The translations under genes were made by a program, and so were the position numbers. A model generated the notes under the pieces. The model was not told the origin of the DNA. It made no database searches and worked only from the letters and a program-made list of their open reading frames with translations. From a virus (lineage: Duplodnaviria > Caudoviricetes), in the IMG/VR virus record IMGVR_UViG_3300005764_000083, positions 1-24,690 of that record: a stretch of 24,690 nt of DNA, one strand, 5' to 3'. Below are positions 8,258 through 15,323 of this stretch, in pieces (the stretch's first letter is position 1; every line of letters begins with the position of its first letter).

Positions 8258-8903
8258 TCTCGCGTTAAACCGCGCGGGCAATCGCGCCCTCGACGCCGAC
8301 GCCGCCGATTTTCTCGCCCAGCATCTTTTCGAGCTCTACACGCTCGCCGATTGGCCGTTTCTCTATGTGTCGGCGCCGCTCACGCTCACGGGCCCGACGG
8401 TCAACTTGCCCGCCGATTTTGTCACGGCGCAAGATGACCATGGGTTTCAAATCGTGGCGATTGACGGGAGCCCGCAAGCAAATTGCTTTGCGCTCGAGCT
8501 CTCGCCCGAGGAGCTCGCCGCCATCACGCCGGCGCGCGGCTCGAGCACGGGCGGCGTGCCGCTCTTTTGGGCCGTCTCGAGGAGCGACACCACGGCGACC
8601 GTGGCACCCGACCCGACGGGCCGGCGGATCGACGTCCTGTTGCGCTACAAGCGGCTCCCGCCCGACCCCGTGCCGGCCGACGAGCCCGCCGATATTCCGG
8701 TTTTCCCGTACCACAATTACCTTGTGCAAGCCGTGTTTGTGTTTGCGCTCGAGCACGAGCGCGACGCGCGCGCACAAGCGGAGGCCGCGGCCCGTGACAA
8801 TTTGCTGGGGATGATTCGCCGCGGCGCCGCGCCGCTGCGCTCGCAACGCGCCGATATTCCGCTCGACCCGGCCGTGTTTCGCCGGCCGTTCCGAGGCGAC
8901 TAA
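8211..8903 (+). CDS. Head-tail adaptor / tail tubular protein A-like
   Basis: RBS GGAGGAGG before the GTG. Helical N-terminus (IRDLALNRAG...DWPFL). Size and position before the nozzle gene fit. Confidence 0.7.
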   Translation: MPTIPPGRYTRQKIRDLALNRAGNRALDADAADFLAQHLFELYTLADWPFLYVSAPLTLTGPTVNLPADFVTAQDDHGFQIVAIDGSPQANCFALELSPEELAAITPARGSSTGGVPLFWAVSRSDTTATVAPDPTGRRIDVLLRYKRLPPDPVPADEPADIPVFPYHNYLVQAVFVFALEHERDARAQAEAAARDNLLGMIRRGAAPLRSQRADIPLDPAVFRRPFRGD

Positions 8904-10885
8904 TGCCGGGCGCGCCCGACCGCGAAACGCCGATTCCCGTTCGACGCTTTCAGGGAACCATGCTCGCGATTGACCCGGCGTTTGTGCCGCTCGGCTTTCT
9001 CTCGCGGTGCAACAATTGGATTCCCGACCCGACGTATGTGCTCACAAAGCGCCTCGGCTCGACCGTATGGCAAACCTTCCCGGGCGGCACGCGCATTGAC
9101 CCGCTCGTCTATACGACCGGCTCGGATGGGCACCGCTACCTCTATGCCGTTGCCGCGCCGGCGAGCGGCGATACCGGCGGCTCGCAAATTTATGTCTCAA
9201 TCGACGACGCCCCATTTGCCGCCGTGTCGAATGGCAAGTTTGCGACCGCAGCGCCGCGGCACGGCGTCGCCGGTATCGGCGACAATATCTTTTTCGGCAA
9301 CGATAGCGACCCGATTAAACAAGTGCCGCTCGGCGCCGCGGCGATTGACCTCGTCCAGCTCGGCGTCGCGAACGACACCGGCGCCACCGCGGTTTTCGTC
9401 GACGATCCCAACAGCAACTTGATTGCGGGCACGTATTCCTATCGCTGGGGCACGTACAACCAAAGCACGTTGCGGTGGACGGGGCTCGCGACAACCAAAA
9501 TGATCGCGACGCCGTCGACGAGCCGCGCCCGCCTCGTGTTCCGCGCGCCAACCGGCGGCCTCGCCGCGAACGAATTGTGGCACTTGTTTGTCGCCGGCGC
9601 CGACCAAATGATTGAGGGCGCGCACGACCAAACGCCCAACGGCCTCCCCGTCTCAACGGGCGCCGACCAATTCGCGTTGTATGACGACCCGTCGATTGAC
9701 GGCGACCCCGTGCCAATTCCGAGCACGGTCACGCGCCGCGGGTCGCATTTGGTCGGGCACCGCGGTTGCTTGTGGGGCGCCGGCGGCGTCGGGTCGGCGA
9801 AGCAACGCGCGTGGAGCTCGAGCGTCATTGTGCCCGGCCTCGAGCAAACGATTTTCAACCAAGGCGTGTTTTTTCCCGCCACCGCGTTGACGCGCGACTT
9901 AAATGACCCCGTAACGGCGCTCGCCGTGATTCCGCAATCTTCGGGCAGCATGCAACCGACGGCGCCACTCGCGATTTTTACCGCGGTGCAAACGTGGCTC
10001 TTTCAAGGCGATATGGTCGGCGACGCGTCGGCGTCGCTCACGCAAATGTCGGCCGAGGTCGGATGCCCGAGTGACCGCACGATCGTGGCGACGCCGGTTG
10101 GCGTGATCTTTTGCGGCAAGCGGAGCGTGTATCTCTTGTCGCCCGCGGCCGCCGAGCCGCGCGACATTGGCTGGCCGATTGAAAGTGCAATCCGCCAGAT
10201 TCCCGCCGTCGGCCGGGCCGTGTGTTGGGCCGTCTACCACCGCGGCTTTTACAAACTCGCGATTGTGGAGCCGGGCGGCGTCGAGCCCTCGGCATACTGG
10301 TGGCTTGACCTCCGCCGCGGCCTTGGCGACCCGCCGTCCTGGTGGGGGCCCCATACGATTCCGGCGTACACGGCGAGCACGCGCGCGCCGAATCATCCGA
10401 GCGAGGATGATCGGCAATGGGCCACGCTCGGCTCGAGCTCGACGGCGCCCGCGCAAATTTTGCGCCTCGACCAAACCGACGAATATACCGAGGACGGCGT
10501 GCCGCCCGTGCCGATCCAATCACGCATGACCTCGGCATACCTCGACGCTAACGCGCCGCTCACGCCGAAACTCGCGAAACGGGCGCGCGTGATTGCGCGC
10601 GTCAGTGCGAAAACGTCGCTCGCCGTAACTGTCTCGGGCGATGAAGCGACCTCGGCGAGCGGCCTCCTCCCGCTGAATGCGTCGCTCGGCGGCGTGTGGG
10701 ACCAAAGCGCGTGGAATACGGCGCAATGGGTCGTGTCGGCGCTCGTGTTAGCGGAATGGGAATTGCCCGTGCCTGAGATTCGCGCGCGCGCGTTTCAAGT
10801 CAGCTTGGCGCATACCGACGCCGTGCGGTGCGACCTCCGTGATTTTGAGCTGCGCGTACAACCGTCGGCGAGGGAAACCCGCTAA
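8903..10885 (+). CDS. Tail nozzle / head-stabilisation protein (P22 gp10 or T7 gp12-like, beta-propeller)
   Basis: 660 aa, beta-rich. N-terminal NNWIPD...LTKRLG and VGCPSDRTIV...GVIF motifs. TAATG coupled at both ends. Confidence 0.75.
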   Translation: MPGAPDRETPIPVRRFQGTMLAIDPAFVPLGFLSRCNNWIPDPTYVLTKRLGSTVWQTFPGGTRIDPLVYTTGSDGHRYLYAVAAPASGDTGGSQIYVSIDDAPFAAVSNGKFATAAPRHGVAGIGDNIFFGNDSDPIKQVPLGAAAIDLVQLGVANDTGATAVFVDDPNSNLIAGTYSYRWGTYNQSTLRWTGLATTKMIATPSTSRARLVFRAPTGGLAANELWHLFVAGADQMIEGAHDQTPNGLPVSTGADQFALYDDPSIDGDPVPIPSTVTRRGSHLVGHRGCLWGAGGVGSAKQRAWSSSVIVPGLEQTIFNQGVFFPATALTRDLNDPVTALAVIPQSSGSMQPTAPLAIFTAVQTWLFQGDMVGDASASLTQMSAEVGCPSDRTIVATPVGVIFCGKRSVYLLSPAAAEPRDIGWPIESAIRQIPAVGRAVCWAVYHRGFYKLAIVEPGGVEPSAYWWLDLRRGLGDPPSWWGPHTIPAYTASTRAPNHPSEDDRQWATLGSSSTAPAQILRLDQTDEYTEDGVPPVPIQSRMTSAYLDANAPLTPKLAKRARVIARVSAKTSLAVTVSGDEATSASGLLPLNASLGGVWDQSAWNTAQWVVSALVLAEWELPVPEIRARAFQVSLAHTDAVRCDLRDFELRVQPSARETR

Positions 10886-11889
10886 TGGCCGTCATTCAAC
10901 GCCCCGCCAAGCAAGGCAATGCGACGACGTATCAAGGCAAAGTCGCGCAAGGCTACACGGGCATTTTGGCCGCCGAGGTCGACGCCGACCTAGACACGAT
11001 TTACGCCGCATGGAATGGCGGCGTCGATACCGTCAACATTGCCGCGGGCTCAATTACCGCCGACAAAATTGCGCCGAATCAAATCGGCACGCGCGAGCTC
11101 GCCGACCTCGGCATTGCAACCGGCGATCTTGGCAATCTACAAGTCACGACGCCGAAACTTGCCGACGGCGCGGTCACGCTCGCGAAACTGGACCCGGCCG
11201 TGAAAACGGCGGGCGGCGATTTGAGCGGCCAGTATCCCAACCCGGCGGTCGCGACAATCAACTCGGGCGTGCTCGAATATGCGCCGCGCGGTTCCGTGAG
11301 CGCTTGGTCGGGCGGCTTGGATTTTATGGCCAATGGCTCGGGCTCGCCGAGCCAAGACAATACAAAAACCGCGTGGATATGGCGCCTCGCCTATCCAAAT
11401 GACCAAGTCGAGCTCTACCGCGCGCCCGCCGGCGGTTTCAATTACGTGAATATCTTTTCGATCAACAACGCCGGGAAAATCAGCGGCGGGGCGGCAACCG
11501 GCGCGCGACAACACTTCAGCCCGACCGCACTGACGATCACGACGTATGACGTCGTCGTGCTCTGCTACACGTTGCCCGCGATCACGACGCGGGGCGGGGC
11601 GGTGCACCTCCATTTTCTGCATTCGTTCTACTACACGTCGTCATCGACCTCGGGAAACGTCATGATTACGACGGCCATCTGGCGCAATGGCGCGCCGGTT
11701 GTCTCGTTCGGGCAACGCATCGGGAGCGGTGGGGCACAAGTCGTGGTCCCGGTGTCGCCGATTTCGTGGGTCGATAACGTGGCGGCTGGGACCTATACCT
11801 ACGACCTCCGTATCCAAGTACAGAGCGGGACCGGGGCCTCCATCATCGCCACGCAATACGGGGACCTCGTAGCGCAGGAGATTGGCTAA
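10885..11889 (+). CDS. Tail fibre / receptor-binding protein
   Basis: AEVDADLDTI head domain, 10-residue repeats (ITADKIA, IATGDLG, VTTPKLA, VTLAKL), GGDLSGQYPNP motif, beta-rich C-terminal domain. Confidence 0.75.
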   Translation: MAVIQRPAKQGNATTYQGKVAQGYTGILAAEVDADLDTIYAAWNGGVDTVNIAAGSITADKIAPNQIGTRELADLGIATGDLGNLQVTTPKLADGAVTLAKLDPAVKTAGGDLSGQYPNPAVATINSGVLEYAPRGSVSAWSGGLDFMANGSGSPSQDNTKTAWIWRLAYPNDQVELYRAPAGGFNYVNIFSINNAGKISGGAATGARQHFSPTALTITTYDVVVLCYTLPAITTRGGAVHLHFLHSFYYTSSSTSGNVMITTAIWRNGAPVVSFGQRIGSGGAQVVVPVSPISWVDNVAAGTYTYDLRIQVQSGTGASIIATQYGDLVAQEIG

Positions 11890-12086
11890 TGGCGACGACG
11901 TTTACGTGCGCGACGTGTGGCGCAACCACGGAGGACCCGAGCGGGTGGGCACGGGCGCAGATTGTGCACACACATTACGTCTCGGGCGACCCGGTCACTG
12001 TGACGGCCGACGATAGCCTCGTCGTGCTCGACTTTGACACCGACGCGTGCCGCGACGCCTGGAACGCGCGCACGGGGCCGGCATGA
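11889..12086 (+). CDS. Small hypothetical protein (CxxC...C)
   Basis: TAATG and ATGA coupling on the two sides. Confidence 0.7.
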   Translation: MATTFTCATCGATTEDPSGWARAQIVHTHYVSGDPVTVTADDSLVVLDFDTDACRDAWNARTGPA

Positions 12087-12274
12087 CGGCGGAAGATCTA
12101 AACGGCGGCGAGCGCCTCGAGGCCCTCGACCGCGCCACGATTCGCGCGCGGCGTGACGCCGTGCACGCCGAGCTCCTCGTGCACATGCAAAGCGTCGAGC
12201 GCTACCGCGGCGCGCTCGCCATTCTCGACGAGCTCCTCGGGCTCGCCGACCCGGGCGAGGTCGTGCCGCCGTGA
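12083..12274 (+). CDS. Small helical hypothetical protein, 63 aa
   Basis: ATGA and GTGA coupling on the two sides. Confidence 0.7.
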   Translation: MTAEDLNGGERLEALDRATIRARRDAVHAELLVHMQSVERYRGALAILDELLGLADPGEVVPP

Positions 12275-12900
12275 TTCGCCGCGCCGTCTTCGCCGACGTG
12301 CCGGCCCTCCGCCGGCTGTATGCGGCGCTCCTCGCCGACTTGGCCGCCACGGAGGCGCCGACATATCCGGCGTATGGGCCGGCCGACCTCGACAGCTTTA
12401 CGCTGTGGGCCGCGCGGCACGTTGAGCAAGATCCAACCGTGCTCCTCTATGTCGCCGTTGACGACGACAGCGGAGAGCTGGTCGGGTTTCTCGGCGGAGA
12501 GATCTCTGAGCGTATGATGGGGGAGCCGCGCGTGTTTGGCTCCGCGCATTGGCTCTATATCGCGCCGACGCACCGCGGCCGCGGCCTCGCCCGCGAGCTC
12601 GTTGCGCTCGGCGTCTCGGACCTCGAGGCGCTCGGCGTGTCGCACGTCGAGCTCGCGACCATCGCGGGCGACACGCAATGGCAAGCCCGGGGTTGGGTGC
12701 CCTTCCTTGTGCACCATGCCTTGCCGCTCGAGGCCGTGCGGGCCGGCGTCGCCGAGCGCCCCGCCGTCGACCAACCCACCTCGGCGACCTCGACGGCGCC
12801 GGCCCCTCCTCCTCCGCCCGCGGCCGCGGCCCCGCGCAAACGGCGCCGGCGGCGGCGGGCGGCCCCGCGGCCGAAACTCGTTGCCGGGGGCCGCGCGTGA
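12271..12900 (+). CDS. GNAT family N-acetyltransferase 1, with Pro/Arg-rich C-terminal tail
   Basis: IRRAVFADVPAL start, LVGFLGG strand, acyl-CoA-binding motif A WLYIAPTHRGRGLARELV. Confidence 0.88.
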   Translation: MIRRAVFADVPALRRLYAALLADLAATEAPTYPAYGPADLDSFTLWAARHVEQDPTVLLYVAVDDDSGELVGFLGGEISERMMGEPRVFGSAHWLYIAPTHRGRGLARELVALGVSDLEALGVSHVELATIAGDTQWQARGWVPFLVHHALPLEAVRAGVAERPAVDQPTSATSTAPAPPPPPAAAAPRKRRRRRRAAPRPKLVAGGRA

Positions 12901-13409
12901 GTCTCGTGATCCGCACCGCCGAGCCAAGCGACCGGCATAACCTCGAGCTCTTACTCGCCGCTCTCATGCGCGAGCATCAACGCACCTTCCCGGCCGCGTA
13001 TCCGGTCTTTCCGCACGTTGAGGAGGCCGCCGCCTATGTCGCCGCCGGCTACGCCGAGCGGCTTGCACATGATTCCAGCTTGGTCGCCGTGCTGGCCGCC
13101 GACCGCGCGCCCGTGGGGTTGCTCGTGGGGGAGGTATGCGCGCGTCCCGTCGGCCGGCCGGCGACCGTGTGTTTCGTCGAATGGTTCTACGTCGAGCCGC
13201 CGGCGCGCGGGCAAGGGATTGGCCGTGAGCTCGTGCGCGCCGGGCTCACGATTCTTCGCACCCACGGCGTGACGCACGTTGAGTGCCAAAGCGTGCCCGG
13301 CGACCGGCAATGGCAACGGCGTGGGTGGCAAGAAACCGCGCGCCGCTATGTGGCGCCATTCGGCGACGTGGCCACATGGTGCGGCCTCGAGGAGCACGAC
13401 CATGCATGA
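12897..13409 (+). CDS. GNAT family N-acetyltransferase 2
   Basis: GTGA overlap. IRTAEPSD start, motif A WFYVEPPARGQGIGRELV. Visible paralog of the upstream GNAT. Confidence 0.88.
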   Translation: MSLVIRTAEPSDRHNLELLLAALMREHQRTFPAAYPVFPHVEEAAAYVAAGYAERLAHDSSLVAVLAADRAPVGLLVGEVCARPVGRPATVCFVEWFYVEPPARGQGIGRELVRAGLTILRTHGVTHVECQSVPGDRQWQRRGWQETARRYVAPFGDVATWCGLEEHDHA

Positions 13410-14727
13410 GGATAGCCGCCGCTATCATCGCACGCGGCCGCCCACGTTTACGCGGGCGTATGGCTCGCAACAAACGACGCCACAGGTTGTCTCGCCGTAT
13501 GGCGGCCTCCCGGCACAGATTGCCGGGCGTATCAGTCGCCAGCAGCTCTCGCCGCTTCTCCTCGGGCTCGGCGCCGGTCAGGGGCCGAAATATCAGAAAC
13601 TCATGGCCGACATTCGAAGCGGCCGTGCCTCGGGCCCGCTCGCGTCGGCCATTCAGCAGATCCAAGGGTTTGCGCCCGGCGTGATTGGCGGCGCAACCGA
13701 CATTGGCAAGCAAGTTTCCGCCATGGGCGGCCCGGCGACGCAGCAGTTACAAGCCGCCATTACCGCCGCACAAGCACAAATGCCGCAGTATCAGCAAGGT
13801 ATCAACCAAGCGTTCAGCGCCGACCAAGCGGCCTTGCAGCAAGCGCAAAACCTCTATGGGCAAGCGTCGGCGATGCTCCCGGGTTTGCAGCAAACTGCCG
13901 CGCAGGGCACGGCGGGCGCGCAGCAAGCCTTGACGGCCGCGCAGGGCTACATGACCGGGCCGCAGATGCAGGCCGCGCAAGCGCAGCTCGCCCGTGCGCA
14001 AGGGCTCTTGCAGGGGGGCCAAGCCGAAACGGGCGCGGGGCAAGCGCTCACGCTGGCGCAGCGCTACGCGCAGCAAGCCGCGTCGCCAATTGCCAACGAG
14101 GACCTCTATCAGATGGCGGCCCGGCGCGCGCTCGCGCAAGTGCGCCCCGGGCTCGCCGCGCGCGGCCTCGAGGCCGGCGGCGCCGGCGTGCAAGCCGAGA
14201 GCGACGTGTCGCGCGATCTCGCTTACCAGTTTGCTCAGAATCAAGCCGCGCAGCGGCAAGCGACCTTGCAGGGGTTGACGGGCGCCGCCAGCGGCCTCGG
14301 GAATATCCAATCGCAAGCACAGCAAAACGTCGGCGCCGCGGCGGGGAGCCTCGGCAATTTGCAGCAGCAAGGCCTGCAGGGGCTTGAGGGCGCAAGCACC
14401 AACGTCCAGCAAGCGGCACAGAATCAAGCCGCGCTCGGGCAAACTATGCTCCCGTATTTGCAGGCAATTCAGCAAGGCGGCGGGCAGCTCGGGCAAGCCG
14501 CGCAGCAAGGGGCGGCGATGGCCATGACCGGCCCCGAGCTCGCGCAGCAGCAATTTAATGCCATTCAACAGTATGGCAACACGCTCATGCAGCAATATCA
14601 ATTGCCCATGCAGGCAGCGGGCAATCTCACAAACTTGCTCACGGCGGGCATGTCGCCCGGCTTGTCCATGCTGCAAGCGACGTCGCCGCAAGTCGCGAGC
14701 TCGAGCAAGCAACAGCAATACCTATGA
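13402..14727 (+). CDS. Probable internal virion / DNA ejection protein 1 (Gln/Ala/Gly-rich) with N-terminal leader
   Basis: RBS GAGGAG before ATG 13402. Long Q/A/G-rich helical sequence at the position of podoviral ejection genes. Confidence 0.72.
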   Translation: MHEDSRRYHRTRPPTFTRAYGSQQTTPQVVSPYGGLPAQIAGRISRQQLSPLLLGLGAGQGPKYQKLMADIRSGRASGPLASAIQQIQGFAPGVIGGATDIGKQVSAMGGPATQQLQAAITAAQAQMPQYQQGINQAFSADQAALQQAQNLYGQASAMLPGLQQTAAQGTAGAQQALTAAQGYMTGPQMQAAQAQLARAQGLLQGGQAETGAGQALTLAQRYAQQAASPIANEDLYQMAARRALAQVRPGLAARGLEAGGAGVQAESDVSRDLAYQFAQNQAAQRQATLQGLTGAASGLGNIQSQAQQNVGAAAGSLGNLQQQGLQGLEGASTNVQQAAQNQAALGQTMLPYLQAIQQGGGQLGQAAQQGAAMAMTGPELAQQQFNAIQQYGNTLMQQYQLPMQAAGNLTNLLTAGMSPGLSMLQATSPQVASSSKQQQYL

Positions 14728-15323
14728 GGCACGACGATTCCCGGCGGTATCATCGCACGCGGCGCCCGCCGCATGCGCGGGCGTATGGGATGCTCGGCGC
14801 CATTGGCAGCGGCCTCGAGAGCGCCGCCGGCGCCGTCGGGAGCGGGCTCGAGAGCGCTGCGGGCTCCGTGCTTGGGGGCGCTGGCAAGACCGCGCTCTCG
14901 GGGCTCGAGAGTGTCGGGCAAGGCGTGCAATCGCTCTTTAGCGCGGCCCCGACCGAGGCCGAGCGGATCGCGGCCCTCGGGCAAACGGTGCCCGAGGGCG
15001 TCGACCTTGTCGGCCCGAGCCCGACGTTTACGGGCCCCGGGTTTCTGCAAAGTGTGGCGCAGGGCTTTGTGCACGGGCCGCAGCAGTATGCCAACCCGAG
15101 CGCCGCGACGAGTCTCGGGCAAGGCGTTGGCGGCCTCTTGCAAGCGCTCGACCAAATGAACGCCGGGCGGCGCGGCGGCGCCGGCATGTCCTTCCAGCCG
15201 ATTGTCGGCGGCGTCACCGGCGTGCAACCGTTGCAGGGGCCGAAAGTGGTCGCGGGCGGCGCGCCCCCGATGGGGTCGGGGCCGATCATGAGCATGATTG
15301 GCCAGCTGTTCAAGGCGTTCTAG
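14724..15323 (+). CDS. Probable internal virion / DNA ejection protein 2 (Gly-rich amphipathic) with the same leader
   Basis: ATGA overlap. Repeats of GSGLESAAG. Leader shared with the 13402 gene. Confidence 0.72.
   Translation: MRHDDSRRYHRTRRPPHARAYGMLGAIGSGLESAAGAVGSGLESAAGSVLGGAGKTALSGLESVGQGVQSLFSAAPTEAERIAALGQTVPEGVDLVGPSPTFTGPGFLQSVAQGFVHGPQQYANPSAATSLGQGVGGLLQALDQMNAGRRGGAGMSFQPIVGGVTGVQPLQGPKVVAGGAPPMGSGPIMSMIGQLFKAF

Noticed and set aside
10885-11889. Diversity-generating retroelement target in the tail fibre
   Set aside because: No reverse transcriptase and no template/variable repeat pair visible in the window.
12271-13409. GNAT toxin-antitoxin module
   Set aside because: No adjacent RHH-type antitoxin (the RHH gene is 7 kb away on the other strand), and the genes are coupled into the virion operon.
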